Numbered from the stretch's first letter, positions 34,296 through 46,981 are shown. The stretch is 64,000 nucleotides of DNA from Synechococcus sp. (GCA_047284725.1 JBJBEO010000001.1:2296203-2360202); one strand, 5' to 3'. Notes: a model not told the origin generated them from the letters alone. Numbers and translations are program-made.

Positions 34296-35348
34296 GTGAT
34301 CGACGATCTCACTCTGGTGATCAACCTCGGCAGCTCCAGCCTCAAGGCCGCCGTGATCGATGCAGACGGCAAGACGCTTTGGAGTCAAGGGCGGAGCCTG
34401 CCTCCAGGCGCTGCAATCGACCAGGCGTTGGAGCAATGGCTGATGACGGCGCTTCAACACCAACGCGCCGCAATCCGACGGGTCGGGCACCGGGTGGTGC
34501 ATGGCGGCGAAACCTTCACTGCACCCACACTGATCACAGCGGAGGTGGAACAACACCTGCAAGCCCTCACGCCGCTTGCTCCCTTGCACAATCCACCAGC
34601 CCTGCAAGGGATCGCATGGGTCCGTCAGTGGGCACCGGAGCTGCCGCAATGGGCATGCTTCGATACCGCCTTCCATAGCAGCCTGCCAGAGGCAGCCCGC
34701 ACGTATGCCCTCAGCGAAGCGCTGCGTGAGCAGGGGTTTCGCCGCTACGGGTTCCATGGCCTCAACCACCAACACGTGAGTGAAACGGTGCAGGAGCTCT
34801 GGCAATTCAAAGGCCATGATCCCGACCAACTGCGCTTGATCAGTGCCCATCTCGGCGCTGGTGCCTCGCTCGCCGCCATCAAAGGCGGCGTCTGCATCGA
34901 CACCACAATGGGCTACACCCCGTTAGAGGGGCTGGTGATGGCAAGCCGCAGTGGCAGTGTGGATCCTGGCGTGCTGCTGGCACTGATGCGCCAGGGCATG
35001 GATGCCAACAGCATCAGCGACCAGCTCCAACAACACAGTGGCCTGAAGGGGCTTTCCGGGCTTAGCGGTGATATGCGCGACATCCGACAGCAAGCCGAAG
35101 CTGGGCATCAAGGGGCTGGATTAGCCCTGGCCGTCTTCCGCCACCGCCTGCTGCAGCTGATCGGATCGATGGCCTCGAGCCTTGCAGGCGTGGACGTACT
35201 TGCTCTCACCGGAGGCATCGGCGAGCACGATCATGCACTGCACAACGAACTGGTGGCAGCGCTCTCGTGGCTGCCGGGACTGGAGATCACCGTGGTGCCT
35301 GCCGATGAAGAAACTATGATCGCCAGACTGTGCCAGCGCGGTCATTGA
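34296..35348 (+). CDS. ackA: Acetate kinase
   Basis: INLGSSSLK, GHRVVHGG, APLHN, FDTAFH, YGFHG, HLGAGAS and TGGIGE. Confidence 0.93.
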   Translation: MIDDLTLVINLGSSSLKAAVIDADGKTLWSQGRSLPPGAAIDQALEQWLMTALQHQRAAIRRVGHRVVHGGETFTAPTLITAEVEQHLQALTPLAPLHNPPALQGIAWVRQWAPELPQWACFDTAFHSSLPEAARTYALSEALREQGFRRYGFHGLNHQHVSETVQELWQFKGHDPDQLRLISAHLGAGASLAAIKGGVCIDTTMGYTPLEGLVMASRSGSVDPGVLLALMRQGMDANSISDQLQQHSGLKGLSGLSGDMRDIRQQAEAGHQGAGLALAVFRHRLLQLIGSMASSLAGVDVLALTGGIGEHDHALHNELVAALSWLPGLEITVVPADEETMIARLCQRGH

Positions 35349-35369
35349 AGCCAATCAGCTCATGAACGA

Positions 35370-35825
35370 TCAACCGCGATCTGGCAGATCGGGTGTTTGA
35401 TGCAGCAGTCGGTTCAGGCGCAAGCGATCGGCATTCAGAGGATCGGGGGCTAACTCACCGGCCAATTCACGGAATTTCTGCTCAATCGCTTCAGGCACCC
35501 GAACATCAAAAATGCGCTCCATCAAGGCTTCGATTGAGAAGAGATGGGCGTTGATGTTTTCAAGATCAGCCATGGCCTGATGCAATGCATCAACAGGCTC
35601 CTCAGTGGCGCCCACTGGGGTGGCATGGGCCTGAGCATCCGCCGAAGGAGCACCATGCTGCTTCTGCAGATCCTCAAGCACCCGGCCCGAAAGCGTGCGG
35701 AATGCCTGCAAGGCAGCCCAACTCAGCTCCTGCTGTTGGCGGAGGGTGGGACACTCGCGGATCAAGCGATCATGCTCGCGGTAAAACCGCTGGCAGTCAG
35801 GGCATTGACAGGGCTCTTCAGGCAC
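35370..35825 (-). CDS. Hypothetical protein with N-terminal CxCxxC motif
   Basis: 151-aa ORF with CQCPDC followed by helical sequence. Confidence 0.75.
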   Translation of the reverse strand: MPEEPCQCPDCQRFYREHDRLIRECPTLRQQQELSWAALQAFRTLSGRVLEDLQKQHGAPSADAQAHATPVGATEEPVDALHQAMADLENINAHLFSIEALMERIFDVRVPEAIEQKFRELAGELAPDPLNADRLRLNRLLHQTPDLPDRG

Positions 35826-35863
35826 GTCACACCCTCAAGGTCAATGCCCATTATGACATCTGA

Positions 35864-36229
35864 TTAAGCAGCTAGAGGTGGTTCACCCGAAAAACCGCCC
35901 CCATCGGATGGGGGTTCGAGCGGCCCGTCACCGTCTTCGCCATCAGCAAGGCCTGCCATGCCGGGGAGAGGAATCTCAATCGATGACACCACTTGAATCA
36001 CATCCCGCAAACGCATCGAATCGGCGAACCAACCCATGGCCTGCTCGGTATCACCACGACGCTCAGCATCACTGGCCTGGTCTTCGTGGGCTTCGGCAAG
36101 CAGCGCCAGCCAGCAGAGACAACGGGCCTGCACCACCGAAAGATCCAGGTCAGCGGGCTGGGAGTCGGCAATGCGTTCACTCTCCTGCTGCACAAGGAGA
36201 CGAAGGCGCAGATCGTGAAGCTGGGTCAT
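35864..36229 (-). CDS. Hypothetical helical protein
   Basis: 121-aa ORF with ATG start and an acidic low-complexity tail. Confidence 0.7.
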   Translation of the reverse strand: MTQLHDLRLRLLVQQESERIADSQPADLDLSVVQARCLCWLALLAEAHEDQASDAERRGDTEQAMGWFADSMRLRDVIQVVSSIEIPLPGMAGLADGEDGDGPLEPPSDGGGFSGEPPLAA

Positions 36230-36289
36230 GGCACCGGATTCACTGTGACAACGCTAGCGACAGAGTGCTGACACGCCACCCCCCTAGAT

Positions 36290-36303
36290 GTAGCGGCGAC
36301 TAC
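36290..36303. promoter_or_regulatory. Candidate NtcA box
   Basis: Intergenic GTA-GCGGCGAC-TAC (GTA-N8-TAC), 60 bp upstream of the ATG at 36229. Confidence 0.45.
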
Positions 36304-36324
36304 GGGAACCGAAGTTGAACAGAA

Positions 36325-36398
<74 letters not shown>

Positions 36399-36406
36399 AT
36401 CGCAAG

Positions 36407-36415
36407 CCATTATGG
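36407..36415. promoter_or_regulatory. Symmetric, possibly bidirectional -10 element for rnpB and tRNA-Arg
   Basis: CCATTATGG reads CATTAT on + (7 nt before rnpB) and CATAAT on -. Confidence 0.55.
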
Positions 36416-36420
36416 GGTTT

Positions 36421-36812
36421 GAAAGCAGGCGAGGTGGTCGCGATCAGGGCATCGCTGCCTTCATGGCAGCGATGGGCCTGGTTGAGGAAAGTCCGGGCTC
36501 CCCGATGGCCAGGCTTGCTGGGTAACGCCCAGTGCGGGTGACCGTGAGGAGAGTGCCACAGAAACACACCGCCGATGGCCGGTTCACCGGCACAGGCAAG
36601 GGTGCAAAGGTGCGGTAAGAGCGCACCAGCAGCATCGAGAGGTGCTGGCTCGGTAAACCCCGGCTGGGAGCAAGGCCGAGGAACGACGGTTGGCCATCTA
36701 CCCCGTTCCACTCAAGTGCGCCGCTCGAGGTCGTCGGCAACGGCGATCCCAGATAGATGATCACCCCCCTTCTGCGGAAGGGAGAACAGAACCCGGCTTA
36801 CGTCCTGCTTTC
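36421..36812 (+). ncRNA. rnpB: RNase P RNA (type A)
   Basis: GAGGAAAGTCC, AGTGCCACAGAAA, GGTAAACCCC and ACAGAACCCGGCTTA; ends GAAAGCAGG and CCTGCTTTC pair as P1. Confidence 0.97.
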
Positions 36813-36860
36813 ACCCTCATTCGCGCCCACGTCTTTTCGGGCTCCACCCAGCACTGATCT

Positions 36861-37610
36861 GTGCCCATCGATCCTGCTTCCACCTCCGCCCCGTCACGCA
36901 GCGATCAACTGCGCTGCTTCTGCCAGGCACTGGGCCTGAATACAGCCGAAAGCCCCGACCAGCCACGCACCCTGGCCCTCCTCGATGAAGCCCTCACCCA
37001 CACATCGGCGGGCCTGAGTCTCCATCACGAACGTCTGGAATTTCTCGGCGATGCGGTGCTGAGACTGGCAGCCAGTGAGTTCATCGAACAGCACTATCCC
37101 CAGCTCCCCGTTGGCGAACGATCTGCCCTGCGGGCTCAACTGGTGAGTGACCGTTGGCTGGCGCAGCTCGGCGAGCAGATCGGGATCGAGGCCATGTTGG
37201 TGATCGGAGCCAAAGCCAAGGGTGATGCCGCTGGTCAGGCAACGCTGCGGGCCGAAGCCAGCGAAGCCTTGATCGGCGCTCTTTACCAGAGCTGGAACTG
37301 TTTGACACCAGTGCACACCTGGCTCACCCCCCACTGGCAGCGCACCAGTGCAGCTGTGCTGGCCGACCCCCACAAAGGCAACGCCAAATCAGCACTGCAG
37401 GAATGGAGCCAGGCTCGACAGCTCGGCCTGCCGACTTATCGCAGCAAGGAAACCAGCCAACGCCATGGTGATCCGCGCCGTTTTCACTGCCGGGTGGAGC
37501 TGCAGGGCCAGCAGAGGGCGGAAGGCTGGGGTGGATCCCGCCGTGATGCGGAACAGAAGGCCGCTCAAGCGGCACTTCAGGAACTGGAAGGAGACGGCAT
37601 GCGAGGCTGA
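36861..37610 (+). CDS. rnc: Ribonuclease III
   Basis: ALTHTS, ERLEFLGDAVL, EALIGALY and a dsRBD (KSALQE...AEQKAA). Confidence 0.95.
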   Translation: MPIDPASTSAPSRSDQLRCFCQALGLNTAESPDQPRTLALLDEALTHTSAGLSLHHERLEFLGDAVLRLAASEFIEQHYPQLPVGERSALRAQLVSDRWLAQLGEQIGIEAMLVIGAKAKGDAAGQATLRAEASEALIGALYQSWNCLTPVHTWLTPHWQRTSAAVLADPHKGNAKSALQEWSQARQLGLPTYRSKETSQRHGDPRRFHCRVELQGQQRAEGWGGSRRDAEQKAAQAALQELEGDGMRG

Positions 37611-38422
37611 TCGGGCAGGGCTGTCCCGCAGCGGTCGCAGAACCGAGCCCGGCTGCGGTGGGTGGGCTGGCCACAGCCTGGGCACCGCAACGTCCGCAGC
37701 CCCCCCCTCACCCCGGCCCGACGCAACCCTTCCACAGTGACGATCCCCGTGGGAATGGCGATAATCCCGAAGCCCAGCAGCATCACCAGTGCCGCCAGGA
37801 TGCGGCCCAGCGCTGTCTGAGGAACAATGTCGCCGTAACCGACGGTTGTCATCGTGACAATCGCCCAGTAGACCCCTTGGGCCACGCTGCGAAACTGGCT
37901 TTCAGGATGGAAGCTCTCCACCACCACCATCACGTAGCCCAGCACCACCTGCAGGATCAGGACAAAAAGAACGAACACGGTGATGCGCCGAGCACTGGCC
38001 TTCAGGGCAGCCCCAAGGGCCCGTGCCTCATCGAGAAAACGCAGCAGCTTGAACACCCGCAAAATGCGGCCGAACTTAAAGATCCAGAGCAGCAGACCAC
38101 TGTCGAGCTGGGGCACCGCAAAAAACAGCACCGCCGCCAGATCGATCAGCCCGGTGAAGCTGCGGGCATAGGCCAGTGGCCGCGGACTGACAATCCAATG
38201 CAGGAGATAGTCCGCGGCGAACACCAACAACGCAACGCGATCAATCCAGTCAACCCAGACCGGCTGAACCAAGCCGGCAATGCCAGGAGCCGGCTCAAAC
38301 AGCAACGCCACAACGCTGAACAGGATGGCGCCGAAAACCACCAGGTTGTAAAGCCGACCTGCAGAGGTGTCGGACTCAAGCACCACCCGCGCCAGGCGAG
38401 CTCGGATGCCATGGACCCCCAT
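37577..38422 (-). CDS. Voltage-gated-type potassium channel
   Basis: S4-like RILRVFKLLRF, filter TMTTVGYGD and a C-terminal CxxC...CxxC. Confidence 0.92.
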   Translation of the reverse strand: MGVHGIRARLARVVLESDTSAGRLYNLVVFGAILFSVVALLFEPAPGIAGLVQPVWVDWIDRVALLVFAADYLLHWIVSPRPLAYARSFTGLIDLAAVLFFAVPQLDSGLLLWIFKFGRILRVFKLLRFLDEARALGAALKASARRITVFVLFVLILQVVLGYVMVVVESFHPESQFRSVAQGVYWAIVTMTTVGYGDIVPQTALGRILAALVMLLGFGIIAIPTGIVTVEGLRRAGVRGGLRTLRCPGCGQPTHRSRARFCDRCGTALPDQPRMPSPSSS

Positions 38423-38435
38423 CAGCCGCAAATGA

Positions 38436-38618
38436 TCAAGCGGGCTGTAGATCGCGCAGGCGCAGGGTGATCAGCTTGTCCCAGTTGCCGCCTTCGAACA
38501 GCACCGCAGCCTTCTCGCCACTGATGCGTTGCACGAAGCCGGTGTAGCCGTTGTAAATGGATGTCGCGTCCACCACCTTCACCGTGGCACCGGGGAGAAT
38601 CGGAGCAGCGGCAGCCAT
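38436..38618 (-). CDS. ndhS: NDH-1 subunit S
   Basis: ILPGATVKV...YNGYTGFVQRI...AVLFEGGNWDKLIT. Confidence 0.92.
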   Translation of the reverse strand: MAAAAPILPGATVKVVDATSIYNGYTGFVQRISGEKAAVLFEGGNWDKLITLRLRDLQPA

Positions 38619-38688
38619 GGCAGAGGGGCAATCGTTCACCCAGTATCGCGTGGCGGCATGATCAACAGACGTCTGCCTTGTTGCAACC

Positions 38689-39252
38689 ATGGCCGGCATC
38701 GGCACGGTTTCCTCATCGTCGTCTGATTCCACCGACGACTGGTTGCCAGTGGGCAAGGTGGTGGGCGTTCAGGGCCTGAAGGGCGAGCTGCGCATCAACC
38801 CCGCCAGTGAATTCCCGGAGCGGTTCACCGAACCCGGGAGCCGCTGGCTCAAAGCACGAGATTCGGCCCCCAAGGAGGTGGACCTGAAAAGCGGCCGTCA
38901 GCTCCCGGGGAAAAACGTGTTTGTGGTGCGCTTGGCGGGGATCGACAATCGCGAAGCAGCTGAAGCCTTGATCGGCCAGACCTTGATGGTGCCGGCCGAC
39001 GACCGTCCCGAACTGGAAGAGGGGGAATTCCACCTGCTGGATCTCGTTGGCCTGGAAGCCCGATTAAGCCCGAAGGGCGACTTGATCGGCACGGTGAGTG
39101 ATCTGATCAGCGGCGGCAACGAGCTGCTTGAAATCAAAACTCCCGACGGCCGCACCTTGATGGTGCCGTTCGTGGAGGCGATCGTGCCGGAGGTGCATGT
39201 GAACGACGGCTGGATGCTGCTCACCCCGCCTCCGGGCCTGCTGGAGCTGTGA
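38689..39252 (+). CDS. rimM: Ribosome maturation factor
   Basis: [25 protein letters not shown] and [12 protein letters not shown]. Confidence 0.95.
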   Translation: MAGIGTVSSSSSDSTDDWLPVGKVVGVQGLKGELRINPASEFPERFTEPGSRWLKARDSAPKEVDLKSGRQLPGKNVFVVRLAGIDNREAAEALIGQTLMVPADDRPELEEGEFHLLDLVGLEARLSPKGDLIGTVSDLISGGNELLEIKTPDGRTLMVPFVEAIVPEVHVNDGWMLLTPPPGLLEL

Positions 39253-39316
39253 CCCACCAGGGCTGACAGGGCCTGCGCAGTGGGGCAGGATCAGCCCAAC
39301 CAGCGCCAAGGCTTCG

Positions 39317-40771
39317 GTGAGCACGCCCCTGATTCCAGTGATTCTCTGCGGCGGCACGGGCACCCGCCTCTGGCCCCTCTCCCGCGCCAGTTACCCCAAG
39401 CAGTACTGGGCTTTAGGCGGCAGTGGTGACGACACGCTGCTGCAACAGACCCAGCAGCGACTGGAGGGCCTGGAGGGCCTGGCGGATCCGCTGGTGATCT
39501 GCAACGACGATCACCGCTTCATCGTGGCTGAACAGATGCGCCAGATCGGCATCAAGCCGAGCGCCATTCTGCTGGAGCCCATGGGCCGCAATACCGCTCC
39601 GGCGGTGGCCATTGCGGCCCTCCAAGCCACCTCCTGTGGAGACGACCCGCTGCTGCTGGTGCTGGCCGCCGACCATGTGATCCGCGATGGCGCCCAGTTC
39701 CGAACCACGGTGGAGGCGGGCCGCGCCGCGGCTGAGGCCGGCCAATTGGTGACCTTTGGGATCGTGCCCACCACCCCGGAAACCGGCTACGGCTATATCG
39801 AAGCCACCGCGCCCCTCCAGGCCGGCACCCTCAGACCCACACCGATCGCCCGCTTTGTGGAAAAGCCGGATCGGGCCACAGCCGAAGGCTTCCTGGCCAC
39901 CGGTCGCTTCACCTGGAACAGCGGCATGTTCCTGTTCCGCGCCAGCGCCATGCTGGCGGAACTGGAACGGCTGGCACCGGAGGTGGTGAGTTGCTGCCGA
40001 GCAGCCCTGGAACAGGACGCTGCCGACCTCGACTTCCGTCGCCTCGACAAGAGCGCCTTTGGGCGCTGCCCCAACGTGGCCATCGACGTGGCCGTGATGG
40101 AGCAAACCCAGCTGGGCGCTGTGCTTCCCCTGGATGCCGGCTGGAGTGATGTGGGCAGCTGGAGTGCTCTCTGGGACACCTCCGACAAAGACAGTGACGG
40201 CAATGTGCTGCGCGGCAGAGTGATCAGCGAAGGCAGCAGCAATTGCTATCTACGCAGCGAACACCGACTGGTGGTGGGGTTGGGCATCGACAACCTGGTG
40301 GTGGTGGAGACCGACGACGCCGTGCTGATCGCCGATCGCGAACAGGCCCAGAAAGTCAAGCAAGTGGTGGCCCAACTCGAGGCTGATGGCAGCCCCGAAG
40401 GCAAAGCCCATCGCAAGATCTACAGGCCCTGGGGCCACTACACCGGTGTGATGGAAGGCAGCCGCTGGCAGGTGAAGCGCATCTCCGTCAAGCCAGGTGC
40501 AAGCCTTTCACTGCAGATGCACCATCACCGCGCTGAGCACTGGGTGGTGGTACGCGGTACCGCCCTGGTGGAAAGGGACAGCGAGGAGCAACTGGTGGGT
40601 GAAAACCAGAGCACCTATATCCCGATGGGCTGCCACCACCGCCTCAGCAATCCTGGTCGCATCCCCGTGGAGATGATCGAGGTGCAAAGCGGTGAGTACC
40701 TCGGCGAAGACGACATCGTGCGCTTTGACGATGTGTATGGGCGCAGTGATCAGCTCAGACAGGCCGCCTGA
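39317..40771 (+). CDS. manC: Mannose-1-phosphate guanylyltransferase / mannose-6-phosphate isomerase
   Basis: GGTGTRLWPLSR, EPMGRNTAPA, FVEKP, WSDVGSW, RPWG and HHHRAEHW. Confidence 0.97.
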   Translation: MSTPLIPVILCGGTGTRLWPLSRASYPKQYWALGGSGDDTLLQQTQQRLEGLEGLADPLVICNDDHRFIVAEQMRQIGIKPSAILLEPMGRNTAPAVAIAALQATSCGDDPLLLVLAADHVIRDGAQFRTTVEAGRAAAEAGQLVTFGIVPTTPETGYGYIEATAPLQAGTLRPTPIARFVEKPDRATAEGFLATGRFTWNSGMFLFRASAMLAELERLAPEVVSCCRAALEQDAADLDFRRLDKSAFGRCPNVAIDVAVMEQTQLGAVLPLDAGWSDVGSWSALWDTSDKDSDGNVLRGRVISEGSSNCYLRSEHRLVVGLGIDNLVVVETDDAVLIADREQAQKVKQVVAQLEADGSPEGKAHRKIYRPWGHYTGVMEGSRWQVKRISVKPGASLSLQMHHHRAEHWVVVRGTALVERDSEEQLVGENQSTYIPMGCHHRLSNPGRIPVEMIEVQSGEYLGEDDIVRFDDVYGRSDQLRQAA

Positions 40772-40795
40772 AACGACAGATCGCTGGCAGGAGCG

Positions 40796-42682
<1,887 letters not shown>

Positions 42683-42684
42683 AT

Positions 42685-42710
42685 AAAAAAAGCCCGGCGC
42701 ATGCCGGGCT
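42685..42710 (-). terminator. Intrinsic terminator after psaC
   Basis: Minus strand AGCCCGGC-ATGC-GCCGGGCT followed by a T-run. Confidence 0.85.
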
Positions 42711-42734
42711 GAGCTTATGGCTTAAACGTTGAAA

Positions 42735-43058
<324 letters not shown>

Positions 43059-43142
43059 TCACCGTTATTAACGACTGTCGCCCCTCAAGCGCGAGCGATT
43101 CCAGGTCAAGCCCGTAGGATGCGTCGTCCCGTCTTCACGGAT

Positions 43143-43385
43143 ATGTCCCAGGAAGCGATCCTCGAAAAAGTCCGTTCGATCGTGGCGGAGCAGCTCAGCG
43201 TTGATGCCGGCGAGGTCAAGCCGGAGTCCAACTTCCAGAACGATCTGGGTGCTGACTCGCTCGACACTGTTGAACTGGTGATGGCCCTGGAAGAGGCCTT
43301 CGACATCGAAATCCCCGATGAGGCCGCTGAAGGCATCACCACCGTGGGTGACGCCGTCAAGTACATCGAAGACAAGCAGGCCTGA
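43143..43385 (+). CDS. acpP: Acyl carrier protein
   Basis: [18 protein letters not shown]. Confidence 0.98.
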   Translation: MSQEAILEKVRSIVAEQLSVDAGEVKPESNFQNDLGADSLDTVELVMALEEAFDIEIPDEAAEGITTVGDAVKYIEDKQA

Positions 43386-43393
43386 GGATCGGC

Positions 43394-44641
43394 ATGGTGG
43401 AGGGTCTTCAACGCGTCGTGGTCACCGGCCTCGGCGCGGTGACACCAATAGGAAATACCGTTTCGGACTACTGGGACGGTCTCAGCACAGGCCGTAACGG
43501 CGTGGCAGGAATCACCCTGTTCGACGCCTCAGCCCATGCCTGTCGCTTTGCTGCAGAGGTCAAGGACTTTGACCCCACTGGCTTCTTGGAGGCCAAGGAA
43601 GCAAAACGCTGGGATCGTTTCTGCAAGTTCGGCGTGGTCGCTGCCAAACAGGCTGTGGCCGATGCCAGGCTCGAGATCAATGAGGCCAACGCTGATCGCA
43701 TCGGCGTGAGCATCGGATCGGGTGTTGGCGGCCTGCTCACCATGGAGACCCAAGCCCACGTTCTGGAAGGCAAGGGCCCTGGTCGCGTGAGCCCGTTCAC
43801 GGTGCCGATGATGATCCCCAACATGGCCACAGGCCTGGCGGCGATCGCCCTCGGCGCCAAAGGTCCGAGTTCCGCCGTGGCCACCGCCTGCGCCGCAGGC
43901 TCCAATGCCATTGGTGATGCCTTCAGGCTGCTTCAACTCGGCAAAGCCGATGTGATGGTGTGCGGTGGGGCTGAATCCGCCATCACTCCACTCGGCGTGG
44001 CAGGTTTCGCGAGTGCCAAGGCCCTGTCGTTCAGGAACGACGATCCCGCCACAGCAAGCCGTCCCTTCGATAAGGAACGGGATGGATTCGTGATCGGCGA
44101 AGGCGCCGGGGTGCTCGTGCTCGAGACCCTGTCCCACGCGGAATCCCGTGGAGCAACGATCCTGGCTGAAGTGGTCGGTTACGGCACCACCTGCGACGCC
44201 CACCACATCACCGCTCCCACACCAGGGGGCGTGGGCGGCGCCGCTGCCATCCGGCTCGCCCTCGAGGACGGCCAGATCAGTGCCGACAGCGTCGACTATG
44301 TCAACGCCCACGGCACCAGCACGCCCGCCAACGACAAGAACGAAACCTCTGCCATCAAGAGCGCTCTGGGCACCAGGGCCTTGGAGATTGCGGTAAGTTC
44401 CACCAAGTCGATGACCGGTCACCTGCTGGGCGGCTCCGGCGGCATTGAAGCCGTGGCCTGTGTTCTGGCCTTGCAGAACGGCGTGGTCCCCCCCACCATC
44501 AACCACAGCAATCCCGATCCTGACTGTGATCTGGATGTCGTGCCCAATCAGGCCCGTGAGCTGAAAGTGGGCACCGTGCTCTCCAACTCCTTCGGCTTCG
44601 GCGGCCACAACGTCTGCCTCGCCTTCCGTCGCATGGCCTGA
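43394..44641 (+). CDS. fabF: Beta-ketoacyl-ACP synthase II
   Basis: RVVVTGLG, TACAAG, NAHGTST, GHLLG and SNSFGFGGHN. Confidence 0.97.
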   Translation: MVEGLQRVVVTGLGAVTPIGNTVSDYWDGLSTGRNGVAGITLFDASAHACRFAAEVKDFDPTGFLEAKEAKRWDRFCKFGVVAAKQAVADARLEINEANADRIGVSIGSGVGGLLTMETQAHVLEGKGPGRVSPFTVPMMIPNMATGLAAIALGAKGPSSAVATACAAGSNAIGDAFRLLQLGKADVMVCGGAESAITPLGVAGFASAKALSFRNDDPATASRPFDKERDGFVIGEGAGVLVLETLSHAESRGATILAEVVGYGTTCDAHHITAPTPGGVGGAAAIRLALEDGQISADSVDYVNAHGTSTPANDKNETSAIKSALGTRALEIAVSSTKSMTGHLLGGSGGIEAVACVLALQNGVVPPTINHSNPDPDCDLDVVPNQARELKVGTVLSNSFGFGGHNVCLAFRRMA

Positions 44642-44729
44642 ACCGGCAGCAGTCAGCGTGCCTTCCATGGCCGCTGACCTCGTTGTTTCAGACTGTCGAC
44701 ACTCTTAACTGTTTTTACCCCCCAACGCC

Positions 44730-46739
44730 ATGGTCGCCGCGCCCGCATCCATCGACACGCTCTGCGTCAACAGCATCCGCATGCTGGCCGTTGACGCCAT
44801 CAACAAATCCAAGAGCGGTCATCCCGGCCTGCCGATGGGCTGCGCCCCGATGGGCTATGCACTGTGGGACAAGTTCCTGAAGCACAACCCCAAAAACCCC
44901 AAGTGGTTCAACCGCGACCGCTTTGTGCTCTCAGCCGGCCATGGCTGCATGCTGCTGTACGCACTGCTGCACCTCACCGGGTACGACTCGGTGTCGATCG
45001 AAGACATCCAAAATTTCCGCCAGTGGGGCTCCAAGACCCCTGGTCACCCTGAAACCTTCGAGACCCCGGGGGTCGAAGTCACCACCGGTCCTCTCGGTGC
45101 CGGCATCTCCAATGCGGTCGGGCTTGCCATTGCTGAGGCCCATCTCGCCGCCAAGTTCAACAAACCCGACGCCACCATTGTTGACCACTACACCTACGTG
45201 GTAATGGGTGATGGCTGCAACCAGGAAGGCGTTGCGTCGGAAGCGGCCTCCCTGGCTGGCCACCTCAAGCTGGGCAAGCTGATCGCTCTTTATGACGACA
45301 ACAGCATCACCATCGACGGACGCACCGATGTGTCCTTCACCGAGGATGTGCTGAAGCGCTACGAAGCCTACGGCTGGCACGTTCAGCATGTGGCCGATGG
45401 CAACACTGATGTGAATGCCATCGCCAAGGCAATCGAAGCGGCCAAGGCTGTCACCGACAAGCCTTCAATCATCAAAGTCACCACCACCATCGGCTTCGGC
45501 TCTCCGAACAAGAGCGATACGGCAGGCGTGCACGGCGCACCCCTGGGTGAAGACGAAACCGCCCTGACCCGTCAGCAGCTGAACTGGAGCTACGGCCCCT
45601 TCGAAGTGCCCCAGGAGGCCTACGACCAGTTCCGTCAGGCCATTGAGCGCGGCGCCAGCCTGGAGGCCGAGTGGAACCAGACCCTTGCGACCTACCGCAC
45701 CCAGTACCCCGCTGAGGCTGCCGTGTTCGAGCGCATGCTGCGCGGGGAACTGCCCCAGGGCTGGGACAAGGATCTCCCCACCTACACCCCTGAAGATGGT
45801 GGCCTGGCCACCCGTAAGCACTCCCAGATCTGTCTGGGTGCTCTGGGTCCCAACCTGCCTGAACTCATCGGCGGCTCCGCCGACCTCACCCACTCCAACT
45901 ACACCGACATCAAGGGCGAGACCGGCTCCTTCCAACCCGACAGCCGCGACAAGCGCTACCTGCACTTCGGTGTGCGCGAGCACGCCATGGCTGCGATCCT
46001 CAACGGCATCGCCTACCACAACAGCGGTCTGATCCCCTACGGCGGCACCTTCCTAGTCTTCGCCGATTACATGCGCGGCTCCATGCGCCTGTCCGCTCTG
46101 AGTGAGCTTGGTGTGATCTACGTGCTCACCCACGACTCCATCGGTGTGGGCGAGGACGGTCCCACCCACCAGCCGATCGAAACCATCCCCTCGCTGCGGG
46201 CAATCCCCAACATGCTGGTGTTCCGGCCTGGCGACGGCAACGAAACCAGTGGTGCCTACAAGATCGCTGTTGAAAACCGCAAGCGCCCCAGCTCCCTCTG
46301 CCTCAGCCGGCAGAACATGGCCAACCAAGCCAATTCCTCGATCGAGAAGGTGGCCTTTGGTGGGTATGTGCTCGAAGACTGTGAAGGGACACCTGAACTG
46401 ATCCTGATCGGCACCGGCTCCGAACTCGACCTGTGCGTGCAGGCTTCCAAGCAGCTCACCGCTGAAGGCAAGAAGGTGCGCGTGGTGTCGATGCCCTGTG
46501 TCGAACTCTTCGACGAGCAGAGCGATGCCTACAAGGAGCAGGTGCTGCCTTCCTCCGTGCGCAAGCGCATCGTGGTGGAAGCCGCAGAAGCCTTCGGCTG
46601 GCATCGTTTCGTCGGCCTTGATGGCGACACCGTCACCATGAACCGCTTCGGTGCTTCAGCCCCCGGCGGTACCTGCATGGAGAAGTTCGGCTTCACTGTG
46701 GAGAACGTGGTGGCCAAGTCGAAGGCTCTGCTCGGCTGA
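44730..46739 (+). CDS. tkt: Transketolase
   Basis: [23 protein letters not shown] and [16 protein letters not shown]. Confidence 0.98.
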   Translation: MVAAPASIDTLCVNSIRMLAVDAINKSKSGHPGLPMGCAPMGYALWDKFLKHNPKNPKWFNRDRFVLSAGHGCMLLYALLHLTGYDSVSIEDIQNFRQWGSKTPGHPETFETPGVEVTTGPLGAGISNAVGLAIAEAHLAAKFNKPDATIVDHYTYVVMGDGCNQEGVASEAASLAGHLKLGKLIALYDDNSITIDGRTDVSFTEDVLKRYEAYGWHVQHVADGNTDVNAIAKAIEAAKAVTDKPSIIKVTTTIGFGSPNKSDTAGVHGAPLGEDETALTRQQLNWSYGPFEVPQEAYDQFRQAIERGASLEAEWNQTLATYRTQYPAEAAVFERMLRGELPQGWDKDLPTYTPEDGGLATRKHSQICLGALGPNLPELIGGSADLTHSNYTDIKGETGSFQPDSRDKRYLHFGVREHAMAAILNGIAYHNSGLIPYGGTFLVFADYMRGSMRLSALSELGVIYVLTHDSIGVGEDGPTHQPIETIPSLRAIPNMLVFRPGDGNETSGAYKIAVENRKRPSSLCLSRQNMANQANSSIEKVAFGGYVLEDCEGTPELILIGTGSELDLCVQASKQLTAEGKKVRVVSMPCVELFDEQSDAYKEQVLPSSVRKRIVVEAAEAFGWHRFVGLDGDTVTMNRFGASAPGGTCMEKFGFTVENVVAKSKALLG

Positions 46740-46774
46740 GCCCACCCAAGCAACTGCGCTCCGTTCAATGCTTC

Positions 46775-46799
46775 AGCCCTCCTTCAGGAGGGCTTTTTT
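46775..46799 (+). terminator. Intrinsic terminator after tkt
   Basis: AGCCCTCC-TTCA-GGAGGGCT-TTTTT. Confidence 0.85.
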
Positions 46800-46877
46800 A
46801 ATACTTGCAAGCCTGTTCCGGCGGAATGCTGCCAAGGGTTCACGGGAACACTGACAGCGCTCTAAGCCTCATCCAAT

Positions 46878-46910
46878 AAAAAGACGGTCTCGCGCGGATC
46901 GCACGAGACC
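46878..46910 (-). terminator. Second terminator-like hairpin on the minus strand
   Basis: Minus strand GGTCTCGTGCG-ATC-CGCGCGAGACC followed by GTCTTTTT. Confidence 0.5.
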
Positions 46911-46953
46911 CCATGAGCAAGACACAACAACCATCAGTGCAGCCCTCGCCATC

Positions 46954-46981
46954 AAAAAACCCCGGTGTCCCCACCGGGGTT
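46954..46981 (-). terminator. Intrinsic terminator after thiC
   Basis: Minus strand AACCCCGGTG-GGGA-CACCGGGGTT-TTTT. Confidence 0.85.

Noticed and set aside
42683..42734. Possible glmS ribozyme
   Set aside because: The space is only about 50 bp and is occupied by a simple terminator hairpin, with no ribozyme core
43073..43083. Short AT-centred palindrome CGTTATTAACG near this position in the psaC-acpP divergent spacer
   Set aside because: It has only 5-bp arms and matches no regulator motif I can name, so it is not supportable
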